DNA of 64,000 nucleotides from Longimicrobiales bacterium (GTDB lineage Bacteria; Gemmatimonadota; Gemmatimonadetes; Longimicrobiales; Gaopeijiaceae), in NCBI GenBank assembly GCA_965204735.1, contig OZ242008.1:992001-1056000 (forward strand), written 5' to 3'. The notes below the pieces were generated by a model, which ran no database searches, had not been told where the DNA came from, and saw only the letters and a list, made by a program, of their open reading frames with translations. Below are positions 19,777 through 29,853 of this stretch, piece after piece. Each line of letters begins with the position of its first letter. Positions within the stretch are counted from its first letter, which is position 1. Both the position numbers and the translations under genes were made by a program.

Positions 19777-21249
19777 GTGACCAGCCGACCGAACCGAGAC
19801 CACCTTGCGAGCTTGGTCCAGGAGCTGCGCGGGCGGCCCAGGGAGGCCGACTGGCTGGAGTTCAAGGTGAACTTCAGCGACCCGGAGGGCATCGGCGAAT
19901 ACATTTCGGCCCTTTCCAACGCGGCGGCCCTTTGCGGCAAGAACCATGGGTACTTGGTCTGGGGAATCGAAGACGCCACGCACGACGTCGTGGGAACGCG
20001 CTTCTCGCCGGCCAAGGCCAAGAAGGGAAACGAGCCCCTGGAAACTTGGCTTCACCGCCTTCTGGAACCTGCTGTCGACTTCGCATTCCACGATTTGGTG
20101 GTGGAAGGCCGAAGAGTTGTCCTGCTGGAAGTCGTCAGAGCCGTTCATCGCCCCGTCGAGTTCAAGCGAGCCAGGTACATTCGTGTTGGAAGGGCAAAGA
20201 AGCGGCTCGCCGACTTTCCGGAGAAGGAGCGCGCTCTTTGGCGGTTGTTCGACCACGTGCCCTTCGAGAAGCAGATCGCTGCGGAACGGCTTGGCGCCCG
20301 CGACGTTCTTCAGACGCTGGACTATCCCAAGCACTTCGACTTGCTGGGACGGCCGCCTCCCGACGGCGCCGAGGCGATTGCTGCCGCTCTGGCCGAGGAC
20401 TCCATCGTCGCACGAAACGGTGCGGGGGGGTTCGACGTCACGAACCTGGGCGCTGTGCTGCTGGCGAAGGACCTGGGCGACTTTCCAGGGTTGCGACGAA
20501 AGGCCCTGCGGGTGATTCACTACAGCGGCGCGGGCCGCATCAACGCTCTGGCGGAGCAGGAGTTTGTCGACGGGTACGCGTCCGGCTTCGACAAGATGGT
20601 CGCTCACGTCGTCGCTCGCCTGCCCGCGAAGGAGGAACTCGACGGGGTATTCCGGCGGTCGATCACGTCGTTTCCCGAGATTGCGGTGAGGGAGCTGATC
20701 GCCAACGCGCTCATTCACCAGGACTTCGCGCAGCGCGGCGCCGGGCCGATGGTCGAGATATTCGACGGGCGGCTGGAGATCAGCAACCCGGGAAAGCCGC
20801 TTGTGGACACGCAAAGGTTCGTCGACGCGACGCCGACGTCCCGCAACGAGGCCACGGCTTCCATGATGCGCAGGTTCGGCCTGTGCGAAGAGCGCGGCAC
20901 AGGCATCGACAAGGTGGTCTCGGAGATCGAACTGCGGCAGCTTCCCCCTCCTCTCTTCGAGGCTCCGCCCCTCTCCACGCGGGTCGTCCTCTTCGACCGC
21001 AAGACTTTGGCGCAGATGGACGGGATCGAACGCCTCCGGGCTTGCTATCTGCACGCCTGTCTGCAGTTCGTGACCCGTCGCCGGATGACGAACGGCTCGT
21101 TGCGGGAACGCCTGGGCGTCCCCGACAAGAACGCGTCCATGATCTCCAGGATTCTGCGAGAGGCGGTCGCTGCTGGGCTCATCGAAGTGGCGAACCCGGA
21201 GAACGGCCTGCGCGCCCGCCATTACGTCCCGTTCTGGGCCGTTTCGTGA
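19777..21249 (+). CDS. Schlafen/AlbA_2 + HATPase_c_4 + winged-HTH protein (paralogue 1)
   Basis: READWLEFK, ISALSN, GYLVWGIED; FPEIAVRELIANALIHQD, ISNPG, SRNE, CEERGTGI; C-terminal HTH-like segment. Confidence 0.85.
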   Translation: MTSRPNRDHLASLVQELRGRPREADWLEFKVNFSDPEGIGEYISALSNAAALCGKNHGYLVWGIEDATHDVVGTRFSPAKAKKGNEPLETWLHRLLEPAVDFAFHDLVVEGRRVVLLEVVRAVHRPVEFKRARYIRVGRAKKRLADFPEKERALWRLFDHVPFEKQIAAERLGARDVLQTLDYPKHFDLLGRPPPDGAEAIAAALAEDSIVARNGAGGFDVTNLGAVLLAKDLGDFPGLRRKALRVIHYSGAGRINALAEQEFVDGYASGFDKMVAHVVARLPAKEELDGVFRRSITSFPEIAVRELIANALIHQDFAQRGAGPMVEIFDGRLEISNPGKPLVDTQRFVDATPTSRNEATASMMRRFGLCEERGTGIDKVVSEIELRQLPPPLFEAPPLSTRVVLFDRKTLAQMDGIERLRACYLHACLQFVTRRRMTNGSLRERLGVPDKNASMISRILREAVAAGLIEVANPENGLRARHYVPFWAVS

Positions 21250-21287
21250 AGACGGGAGGCGGCCAAGAAAGGGACCGTGGTGGGGAA

Positions 21288-22070
21288 ATGAGCAATCGGA
21301 CGCTCCAGTTCCGCTTGGAGGCCGCCAAGCCGGGCATGGTAGTCGATGCGCGCGACTTCCGCGACTTCGTGTCTGCGGCGCTCGAGTGCCTGACGCGCTT
21401 GGAGAAGGAACTCGGATCTGCGGTCTCGGTAGCGTATCCGCTTGTCGGTCTGGAGTTCGGAAGCGCGAGCTTGACGATACGTCCGGAGTCCAAGGGCGAC
21501 CAAAACTCCACCGCTGGCACGATCTCGGCCCACTTCGAGCGAGGCTTTGCCGCACTCGCCACGCACAAACTGAACACAACGGCTTTTGCCAAGCAGACCC
21601 AAGCATCCTTCAGGCGTCTCCTGCAACCGCTAAAGCAAAGACTTGGTGCTATAGAATTCACCGGAACCAATACGTATCGCATGGACTCCGCATTTGTTGT
21701 TCGAACCCAGCGCACCGAGAAAAAGACCGCTAAAGCAACGAGTAGCGTGTCTGGACGCATCGAGGCCTTGAACATCCACAATAAGAGGATTTTCTTCGTC
21801 TATCCAATCACCGGCCCACGCGTGAGGTGCGAGTTCTCCGAGACCCACCTTGACGCTGTTCGCGATGCCATTGGTCGCCATGTCACAGTACACGGCACAT
21901 CCGATGCCGACGCTTCCGGCTTGTTTCCCCAGAAGATCGCTGTCAGCAAGATCAACATTCATCCTAGGGCCGACCAAACCCAGTTGCGGGACTTTCTTGG
22001 ATCTATTCCAGATCTCACTGGCGGCATAGACAGTGTTGCGCTCATAAGGGCCCAAAGAGATGCCGAATAA
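21288..22070 (+). CDS. Hypothetical protein (lower GC; possible OB-fold C-terminal half with antitoxin-like tail)
   Basis: 260-aa ORF from the ATG after GGGGAA; LEFGSA and VSGRIEALN segments; ends LRDFLGSIPDLTGGIDSVALIRAQRDAE. Confidence 0.65.
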   Translation: MSNRTLQFRLEAAKPGMVVDARDFRDFVSAALECLTRLEKELGSAVSVAYPLVGLEFGSASLTIRPESKGDQNSTAGTISAHFERGFAALATHKLNTTAFAKQTQASFRRLLQPLKQRLGAIEFTGTNTYRMDSAFVVRTQRTEKKTAKATSSVSGRIEALNIHNKRIFFVYPITGPRVRCEFSETHLDAVRDAIGRHVTVHGTSDADASGLFPQKIAVSKINIHPRADQTQLRDFLGSIPDLTGGIDSVALIRAQRDAE

Positions 22071-22133
22071 TAAGCTCTGACTGACGCGGCACCATGTCCA
22101 ATGGGGCGTTGTCGGAGTCACAGCATATTGCGG

Positions 22134-22430
22134 TCAACCCGACGTCGAGGGCGAGCCGCTGGGGCCGGCCAGCGCGCTCAGCACCGTGATCACCCGTTCG
22201 TACTGCTCGGCGGTGAAGGCATGGGCACCGAACGTCGCAACCACCACCAGGGTTCCGACGCTGGTCAAGGCCAAGATGCTTCGAACGGAGCCCTGGGGTA
22301 GATTTAGCCCACGCGGTGGTGCGATGGGATGCGGATGCCAGAATCGAGCCAGCAACGGATAGCCGACCAGAACGATGGCCAAGAGGATGGCCTCGGCAAT
22401 GATGAGCCCCCGCTTGTCTAGTGCCTGCAT
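22134..22430 (-). CDS. Small membrane protein, possibly truncated
   Basis: Two to three hydrophobic segments; GLNLPQGSVRSILAL. Confidence 0.45.
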   Translation of the reverse strand: MQALDKRGLIIAEAILLAIVLVGYPLLARFWHPHPIAPPRGLNLPQGSVRSILALTSVGTLVVVATFGAHAFTAEQYERVITVLSALAGPSGSPSTSG

Positions 22431-22681
22431 CCCGCCAGTGGGGTCTTGGAGTACCGCTTCGGCGATCAGGTGCAAAGCCGTGTTGCGTCCTCCAGCAGTA
22501 GCGGAAACCGGGTGCGGGCCCCGGAGCATGGGCGCGTGATCGAACAAGACTACCACCAGGGATGCCCGGCGTCCACTGGCCAAGCTACGTCGGCCCGACG
22601 GCGCACGACCCCCGGCCCGCCCATCGGCCAGCTCCCTCTGGGCGGCAGCCTCCTCAATCCGTACCATTGATCCCGTGACCA

Positions 22682-22939
22682 GTGTCCCCACCGTGCCTGT
22701 CCCCCGACCTCCGCAGCCGGCTGGCCAAGGTGGTCCTCAACGCCCGGCGCGTGGCCGAGGCGGGGGCCCGCCACGCGCTGGAGGTGCTGGCCGTGGACCC
22801 GAGCGCGCCCCACAAGGCGATGCCGCTTTGGATCATGAGCTTCCACACCGACTGCGAGCCGGCGGGCGGTAGCCTGGAGGACGCCGCCCGCGCCGAGGCC
22901 GTCACCCCATCAACCCGCGCCAAGGAGACCACGCCATGA
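22682..22939 (+). pseudogene. Short remnant resembling the N-terminus of BREX-associated/Eco57I-like methyltransferases
   Basis: LSPDLRSRLAKVVLNARRVAEAGARHALEVLAV recalls the LRxxLExTVxxARxxAExxAxxALxxL start of PglX-like proteins (from memory). Similarity ends after about 45 aa. Confidence 0.4.
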
Positions 22940-24159
22940 ACTGGCCCCACATCCACGAACGCATCCAAGCGGGCGAAGACGAGCGCACCGAGTTCAAGCA
23001 GGGCGCCTCGGACATGGGCGCCCTCGCCAAGGCCGTCTGCGCATTCGCCAACGGCACGGGCGGCCTGCTCGTCCTTGGAGTCGACGACGACGGGACGCTG
23101 GTCGGCGTCTCCAGGGATCCCGAGACCGTTCAGGAGCGATTGACCAGCCTTCTGCAAAGCGGATGCGGCCGGCCGGTGACGGCGGAGTGCGGCCGACACG
23201 AGATCCAAGGCGACCGATGGATTCACTGGATCGACGTTCACCGGCACCAGCGCGGCTACGAGCCCTTTGCCAGCGAGGGGCGCTACTGGATTCGCCGAGG
23301 CGGGGCGACCGTCCATCCGTCGCCCTCCGAGTTCCAAGAGCTGCTCAACGCTTTCGGGCTGGTCCTGACCGAGCAGCAGATCATACCCTCGGCGACCGTC
23401 GACGACATCGACTTCTCGGCCGTTCGCACCTTCTTGCAGGCGCAGGGCATGGACCTCGACGACGCGCCCCAGCCCACGCGCCCGGAGGACCTGCTCGTGG
23501 CCAGCGTCGCGGACGAGGTGGAAGGAACGGCCCGTCCGACGCTGTACGGGCTCATGGTGTTCGGACGCCAGCCGCAGGCCCATCCGCACACGCACAACCT
23601 GTTCGTCCAGTGCACGCGGTACGACGGCCGGGACCGGTCGGCCGACGTGCTCAGTGCCGCCGAGGGCACGGGCCGCCTTGAAGACCAAGTGCGGCAGTGC
23701 ATGGGCTGGTACCGCAGCCTGGGCAGACGCGAGGAGTATCGCGGACTCGAACGCATCGACATTCCGATGGTTCCGGAGCCGGCCCTTCGCGAGGCCATCG
23801 TCAACGCGGTCGTCCACCGCGACTACGCCATCACCGGCTCGCAGGTCCTGCTGGAGGTATTCTCCGACCGCATCGTTGTGACCAGCCCCGGCGCCCTGCC
23901 CAACCACATGACGGTGGAGCGGGCCACGGGCGGCGGCGCACCCCGGTCGCGCAACGAGATGATGGCCAACGCCATGGTCGTGCGCAGGCTCATGGAGCGG
24001 CGCGGCCGGGGCTGGCTCGTCATCCGCCACACGATGCGGCAGTTCAACGGAACCGAGCCGTCGTTGGAGAACGATTCCGTCAGCCGCTTCGTCCGCGTTA
24101 CGTTTCCGTTCGCCCCAGCTGCCGAGCCAGGAGGTCGTCGTGCCGAAGAGCCGCGCTGA
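22936..24159 (+). CDS. Schlafen/AlbA_2 + HATPase_c_4 protein (paralogue 2)
   Basis: AAGGAG RBS; GEDERTEFK, CAFANGTGGLLVLGVDDDG; ALREAIVNAVVHRDY, SPGALP and SRN. Confidence 0.9.
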   Translation: MNWPHIHERIQAGEDERTEFKQGASDMGALAKAVCAFANGTGGLLVLGVDDDGTLVGVSRDPETVQERLTSLLQSGCGRPVTAECGRHEIQGDRWIHWIDVHRHQRGYEPFASEGRYWIRRGGATVHPSPSEFQELLNAFGLVLTEQQIIPSATVDDIDFSAVRTFLQAQGMDLDDAPQPTRPEDLLVASVADEVEGTARPTLYGLMVFGRQPQAHPHTHNLFVQCTRYDGRDRSADVLSAAEGTGRLEDQVRQCMGWYRSLGRREEYRGLERIDIPMVPEPALREAIVNAVVHRDYAITGSQVLLEVFSDRIVVTSPGALPNHMTVERATGGGAPRSRNEMMANAMVVRRLMERRGRGWLVIRHTMRQFNGTEPSLENDSVSRFVRVTFPFAPAAEPGGRRAEEPR

Positions 24160-25885
24160 AGTCGAGGAGCTGCTGGAACGCTTGAACGAGCGCTCGGCGG
24201 ACGAGCTGGAAGCGCAGGACGTCGACTTCAAGGAATGGGGCAGGAACGACAAGCAGGCTGTGACCAAGGCGGTCGATTGGGCCGTCTGCATGGCCAACGG
24301 AGGCGGCGGAACGATCGTATTCGGAGTCGCCGACGACTTGGTGGGACGCCGGAACGCCGTCGTCGGGGTTCCTCACGACGTTGCCGTCGATCGTCTTCGT
24401 CTCGCGATCTACGACAGGACCGACCCGCGGCTCACGCCGACATTCGACCAGATCGAAGTGCCCGAGGGAACGGGCCGGGTCCTCGCCATGCACGTTCACC
24501 CCGGCATACCGCCCTACACGGACACGTCCGGAAAGGGATTGATTCGCATCGGCAAAGACTGCAAGCCGCTGACGGGCGCCATGCGACGGCAGTTCTTCCT
24601 GGATTCCGGGGGAGAGGATTATACGGGAGAGATTGTAGGGCCAGTGGATCGTGGCTTGTTTTCGACCGCCGCCATTGGGGCATTGCGAGACGCCGCGATC
24701 AAGGAAAGTGCGCCGGCCGAACTGACGAATCTGAGCGACGAGGAGTTGCTGGCGGCGATCGGCGTCGTTCGCGAAGGCAGACTGACGCGAGCAGCCGTTC
24801 TTCTCGCGGGCTCGGAGGATGCGTTGCGAAGGCACGTGCCCAAGTACGCCTGGACGCATCTTCGGATGTCGTCTGACACCGACTACTCGGCTCGGCTGGA
24901 CGGACGTGCGGCCATTCCTGTCGCCTTGGCGCGCATTCTCGATCGCATGTCGGCCGACAACCCCATCGAGACGATACGGCGCGGATTGCATCACTTCGAG
25001 TATCCGACGTTTCCCGAGATTGCTCTTCGCGAAGCGCTTCTCAACGCATTCTGTCATGCAGACTATCGCATTGCCAGTCCAATACTGATCAAGCAGTTTC
25101 TTGGTCGATTGGTAATCACGAATCCAGGAAGACTCGTGGGCGGCATTACGCCCGACAACATTCTTCATCATGCGCCCGTGGCTCGAAATCCGTGCTTGGT
25201 GGAAGCGCTGGTGCGATTGCGTCTGATCAACCGCGCCAACCTTGGCATTCAGCGCATCTACAAGTCGCTTCTCATCGAAGGGAAAGACTTGCCTGCCATC
25301 GAAGAAGTCGGCGAATCGCTTCGAATCACGTTTAGAGCGTCCAAGCTGGCACCGACATTTCGTACCTTTGTGGAGGAAGAACAGAAGGCGGGCATCGACC
25401 TCGACGTAGATGACCTACTTGTCCTGGCTCACTTTCTCCGTTCGGCGGAAATCGACCTTGCGGAAGCATCTCGAATCTGCCAAAGATCACGCGACGACGC
25501 GAGTGTTGTCCTTGCGCGAATGGAACTGAACTTGGGTTATGTGGACCGCGGCGGCGACGGTGTGGACAGCTATTGGACATTGCGTCCCGATGTTCACGCA
25601 AGGCTCTCGAACACCGAGGGACAGAATCGCGGGGTGGAATGGGATGCGACCAAAGCCAGAGTGCTCAGCGTCATCCAGCGTCAAGCCGCACGAGGAGCAC
25701 GGCCGTTGGTGAACACCGATGTTCGGCGCATCACTGGTCTTGATCGCTATCAGGTCTATCGTCTCATTCAAGAATTCGCCAAAGAGGGCAAGATCAGGAT
25801 CGATGGACACGGCAGAGCAGCCACGTACGTGTACTGCGACAGCTCAGCGAAGGATGTCCGAACTAGAGACCGGCCTAAGCGATGA
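24140..25885 (+). CDS. Schlafen/AlbA_2 + HATPase_c_4 + HTH protein (paralogue 3)
   Basis: AGGAGG RBS; LEAQDVDFKE, CMANGGGGTIVFGVAD; ALREALLNAFCHADY, NPG, ARNP; two C-terminal wHTH-like segments. Confidence 0.88.
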   Translation: MPKSRAEVEELLERLNERSADELEAQDVDFKEWGRNDKQAVTKAVDWAVCMANGGGGTIVFGVADDLVGRRNAVVGVPHDVAVDRLRLAIYDRTDPRLTPTFDQIEVPEGTGRVLAMHVHPGIPPYTDTSGKGLIRIGKDCKPLTGAMRRQFFLDSGGEDYTGEIVGPVDRGLFSTAAIGALRDAAIKESAPAELTNLSDEELLAAIGVVREGRLTRAAVLLAGSEDALRRHVPKYAWTHLRMSSDTDYSARLDGRAAIPVALARILDRMSADNPIETIRRGLHHFEYPTFPEIALREALLNAFCHADYRIASPILIKQFLGRLVITNPGRLVGGITPDNILHHAPVARNPCLVEALVRLRLINRANLGIQRIYKSLLIEGKDLPAIEEVGESLRITFRASKLAPTFRTFVEEEQKAGIDLDVDDLLVLAHFLRSAEIDLAEASRICQRSRDDASVVLARMELNLGYVDRGGDGVDSYWTLRPDVHARLSNTEGQNRGVEWDATKARVLSVIQRQAARGARPLVNTDVRRITGLDRYQVYRLIQEFAKEGKIRIDGHGRAATYVYCDSSAKDVRTRDRPKR

Positions 25886-25890
25886 ATCTC

Positions 25891-26085
25891 GGAAATGATC
25901 GCGACTCCAGGTCTTCCGCACATTTCTCGCCAATTTCCCCCGAAATGGGCGTTTTCCGCAGGGAAGCGTACCGGTAGAGGACCTTGGATTCCCCGAGAAT
26001 GATCGTCGCCTCCGTTCTTCCGATCATTTCCCTGCGATGGACGCCGGAATGATCGCGAACCCCGGTTTCCCGATCATTTCCCGCC
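25891..26085. repeat. Left copy of ~190-bp direct repeat; three 9-N15-9 palindromic units
   Basis: Units at 25893-25925, 25997-26029 and 26047-26079. Confidence 0.9.
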
Positions 26086-26210
26086 AGTTCGGGCACGGGC
26101 TCGGTCCTGTCGTTCGGAGGCGGGCCGTCGACGGCGGGTTCGGCAGAGCGAACGACTTCGCCACGCTGGCGGGGAGCGGGCTGGCCCGAGCCGAAGAGGT
26201 CGGTGGACGG

Positions 26211-29200
26211 TTATGCGGATGTGGCGCGCCCCCTCGGACTCGGCGAGCTGCGCTCCACGCCGATACGTCGCTCCACTGCCGCAACTTCCTGCGCAGTGAG
26301 CTTGTAGAGACGGTACACCAGACGATCCACTCTCTTTTCGATCCTACCGATCGCCGACACGTCTCCGTCGCCCTTTACCATGTCGATCAGACAACGGGCC
26401 AACTCGACGATGGATCGTTCGTCCTCCTTGCTGGGCTTCGGGACTGGAATCGCTTCCACGGTGTACTTCTTCCACCGAGGCAGTCCCATTCCGGTCGTCA
26501 GTGCGATGCGATCCACAAGCCACGATACCAGGGTGCTGTTGAGTATTGCACACAGGTAAGCCAGCGACACCCCCGACATCACGAACACCGTGTCGTTACA
26601 GTACATCTCGTGATCGGAGTATGCGAATCGGGAGTGGCCGGCCATGTCCATCCAGAATAGTTTCTCCTTCCCAAAACGGGCGTAAGCTTCGTCACTTGGG
26701 CTAGCCTGGAGTTCGTACCACGCGTTCGCACCCGACTTCTCGGACAATGTGTCCTTTTGCTGTTGGAGGCACGCGAATACCCCGGGATACTCCTTGATCT
26801 TGATTCCCCGACGTGCGCATATCAGCCACCGGTCGTTGAACGGAGCGTGCCACCGCCGAATGTCTCTGCCCTGGAGCAGTGGCTTGACGATCTCCGCTGA
26901 TCCCGGGTCCTCGGCCAACAGCCGCCGCCGAGTCGCACCGTCGATGACGAAGGCCTTGTTGTAGCCGGTCTTGATGCCGCTGTTCATGGTAACGTTCCAT
27001 TCCTTCAATGGAATGCCAACTGCCTTCATCTTGTTCATGACGCCTTGCTCGATCTTCGACAGCACCACCCACGGCTCGGCGTTGCGCGGACGGAACCGCC
27101 CCCAGTGCCGATCTTCGGGCGGGAAGTCGCCGACGTTGAACCGATCCATGTCCACCGTCATGCACGCGTGGTCGTGCTTGCCCTCGCGCAGGATCAGAAT
27201 GCTCGAGTCCACGATCGCGTTCTCGAAGACGTCCTTGCCCAGCTCGATCAGCCTAAGCGGCGCATGGTCCTCGGCGAACAACCGTCGCGTCGCCTTGCCG
27301 TACTCTGATCGCAGCCAGCTGTTCGACGTGATGTACGTCAGTACGCCTGTGCGTGCGGCGAGCAACCGGCAACCCTTCTCGTAGAAGAGCTGGTACACGT
27401 CGCCTCGCCGCGCGAACGTGCGATAGCCGAGAGAATCGTACAGCCGTGCAAGAGCGCCCTCTTGCTTCTGAAGCTGCACGTACGGCGGATTCCCGATCAC
27501 GATGTCGAAGCCGCTGCTGACGCCGAACATCCACTCCGGGTCGAACCAGCGGGCGTGCGTGTTCTGGTCGTAGGGGTCCCAGCCCGCGATCAGATTGGCG
27601 GCCTCCTTGCTCCACTCGTCTTCGATCAACGCCTCGCGGAGTCGCTGCCGAAGCCGCTTGTCCTTCTTCTTCAGCTCCCACTTCTGGTCTCGCGTGCGTG
27701 CGTCGAACCAGTCGGACCTGACCTGCTCCAACTCCTCTTCCAGGCCCTTGATCGTCGTGTTGGGGAGGGTCTGTTCCGACGGCCCCTTCAGCCCAATCAG
27801 CGCATCTGCGGCAACGAACCGAGTCTCGAGGTTCGGCAACGCCTGGATGCCGTAGTTGTCGTCCGCGTCGTCGTTCGACTGCTGCTCGATCACCAGCGAG
27901 ATGAAGAAGCGCAGCTTGGCGATCTGGCAGGCGATGGGCTGGACGTCGACCCCGTGAATCACGTTCTGGACGAGGTACAGCTTGCGGCCGTAGTCGCCGT
28001 ATCCCCGCTCCGGCGAGAAGCTCTTCTCGACGGCGGCCACGGCGTCCGTCCGGGCAACAGGGTCGAGGATCTGCCGAGCGCGCGCCAGCTGCCGCGCCTT
28101 CCACCGCGCGTTGTCCGGATCGACCTGCGCCAAGACCAGGACGAGCTTCTGGAGGACGCCCATGGGGAACGCCCCCGAGCCGCAGGCTGGGTCCAGGACC
28201 TTCATGGAGTCGATGGCGTCGATCAGAGGCTCGATCTCGTCGTCGCGCAACTGGTGGCCGACGGGAAAACCGGGATCGGTACTCTGCTTCGCGACCAAGT
28301 GGCGCAGTCGCGCTTCCACCCCGGCCCGGTCGCCGTCGTTGGGACGCACATGGGCGAGGAAGTGGGCCACCAACGCCTCGTCCACCATGTACTCCACGAC
28401 GCGGCGGGGCGTGTAGTAAGAGCCCGTGGCCTTGCGGGCCGTGTCCCGCGTCTCCGGGTTGTAGGAGGCGAGCAGGTTCTCGAACGCGCGGCCCAGGAGT
28501 TCGGGGTCGAGCGCCACTTCCTCGTCCAGCGGCGTGTTCTCCTCGACGGTGAACTTGTAGCGGCGAAACAGGGGAAAGAGGCCGTGCTCGTCAAAGAACA
28601 GCCGGGCCGGGACCGACATCGCGCCGCCGTGGTTCGGGAGGTCGATGTTGTCGGTGAACGCGTCGATGCGACGACCTCCGCCGCCCACGTGCGCGAAGTC
28701 GTCCAAGCAGTCGAAGAGGCCGCCGTCCACGAACGGGACGGAACTGAGCCGCTTCGCGAAGCCGTCGGGATCGCGGAGCAAGTCGCGATAGCGGTATCTG
28801 GTGAAGTCCCGATGCGTGCTCTGGTCCTTCTTGCTGAACGCCCGGCGGCGGATCTCCGTGTTCAGCGTGGCGAAGAACAGGTTCTGCAGCACGGCGCGGT
28901 AGTAGTCGGTGGCGTCGTCGGCGTGATGCTTCATCTGGCTCCGGGCGAACTCCTCGTCGAAGAGTGCGTCGGGCACCAGGCGCTTCTCCTTGAGGAACCA
29001 GACGAACAGCAGGCGAGTGATCAGCCGGATGACGTGACGTTCGGCGTTGCCCTCGCCCACTCCGTCGTCGGGGAAGGCGCACTCCCGAGTCGCTCGCTGG
29101 AACCACCCGAAGAGCTCCTTGTAGAAGCGCCGGTTCAGCTCGCCCGTGTCGAGGACGGCTTCCCACGCTGCAAGGAGCTGGTCGAAGTTGGACACCCCGC

Positions 29201-29843
29201 GCTGTTCGATCAGCCGACCGAGCGCAAGCTCCGAGAGCAGCTGAAGGTGCGCGCGATGAGGTTCTTCCAGACTCACGTCCTTGATGAGCGACACGCGTTC
29301 CAGGACGTCCTTGTCGGGGTCGAACTTGTGCACACGCCGATGAACGACGCCGATGGTGAGGTGCGGTTGCGCGCCGTCTTCGTCTCGGTGTCGGAAGAAG
29401 ACGACCGTGGGCATCGGAAAGATGCGGTTCACGGCGCGGGTGGCGGCGGCGAGCTCGGAGCGCGAGCGGCGCCCGGGCTTCAAGTCCACGGCAAGGAACA
29501 AGAACGACTTCGCCACGCCGCGGTCGAATTGGCGGGGAGCGGGCTGGCCCGAGCCGACGAGGGTGGACTGGGCGTCGGAGAAGTCGCTGGCTCCCGCAAC
29601 TTCGTCGTTCGTGACCTGGAAGACGACGTCCATCTCTTCCCACTGCTCGAACGTGGCCAGCTGGCCGGCGGCGAGCTTGCCCTTGGCGTCCACGTCCTCG
29701 AGAAAGACGGCGACCGAAGGGAAGTCGATCGTCCGGTCGCTGCGGTAGCCGAGCGTCCCGAGCAGGGCTTCGGTGCAATCTGCAAGCGATCCGTCGGCAA
29801 GGTCTCGGAGCGCGTCTCGGATCGTCCTCTCCGCTTCGCTCAT
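26211..29843 (-). CDS. Eco57I/TaqI-like N6-adenine DNA methyltransferase with C-terminal target-recognition domain (type IIG-like)
   Basis: GGLF, TGSYYTP, DPACGSGAF, GVD, FDIVIGNPPY, and a TaqI_C-like C-terminus (ILNS, VYRLYKLT). Confidence 0.92.
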   Translation of the reverse strand: MSEAERTIRDALRDLADGSLADCTEALLGTLGYRSDRTIDFPSVAVFLEDVDAKGKLAAGQLATFEQWEEMDVVFQVTNDEVAGASDFSDAQSTLVGSGQPAPRQFDRGVAKSFLFLAVDLKPGRRSRSELAAATRAVNRIFPMPTVVFFRHRDEDGAQPHLTIGVVHRRVHKFDPDKDVLERVSLIKDVSLEEPHRAHLQLLSELALGRLIEQRGVSNFDQLLAAWEAVLDTGELNRRFYKELFGWFQRATRECAFPDDGVGEGNAERHVIRLITRLLFVWFLKEKRLVPDALFDEEFARSQMKHHADDATDYYRAVLQNLFFATLNTEIRRRAFSKKDQSTHRDFTRYRYRDLLRDPDGFAKRLSSVPFVDGGLFDCLDDFAHVGGGGRRIDAFTDNIDLPNHGGAMSVPARLFFDEHGLFPLFRRYKFTVEENTPLDEEVALDPELLGRAFENLLASYNPETRDTARKATGSYYTPRRVVEYMVDEALVAHFLAHVRPNDGDRAGVEARLRHLVAKQSTDPGFPVGHQLRDDEIEPLIDAIDSMKVLDPACGSGAFPMGVLQKLVLVLAQVDPDNARWKARQLARARQILDPVARTDAVAAVEKSFSPERGYGDYGRKLYLVQNVIHGVDVQPIACQIAKLRFFISLVIEQQSNDDADDNYGIQALPNLETRFVAADALIGLKGPSEQTLPNTTIKGLEEELEQVRSDWFDARTRDQKWELKKKDKRLRQRLREALIEDEWSKEAANLIAGWDPYDQNTHARWFDPEWMFGVSSGFDIVIGNPPYVQLQKQEGALARLYDSLGYRTFARRGDVYQLFYEKGCRLLAARTGVLTYITSNSWLRSEYGKATRRLFAEDHAPLRLIELGKDVFENAIVDSSILILREGKHDHACMTVDMDRFNVGDFPPEDRHWGRFRPRNAEPWVVLSKIEQGVMNKMKAVGIPLKEWNVTMNSGIKTGYNKAFVIDGATRRRLLAEDPGSAEIVKPLLQGRDIRRWHAPFNDRWLICARRGIKIKEYPGVFACLQQQKDTLSEKSGANAWYELQASPSDEAYARFGKEKLFWMDMAGHSRFAYSDHEMYCNDTVFVMSGVSLAYLCAILNSTLVSWLVDRIALTTGMGLPRWKKYTVEAIPVPKPSKEDERSIVELARCLIDMVKGDGDVSAIGRIEKRVDRLVYRLYKLTAQEVAAVERRIGVERSSPSPRGRATSA

Positions 29844-29853
29844 CGCATATCGC

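Noticed and set aside
19605..21287. 821-aa ORF 19605..22070 as one protein
   Set aside because: The first 561 codons are an off-frame shadow of the Schlafen gene. Only the part from ATG 21288 looks protein-like.
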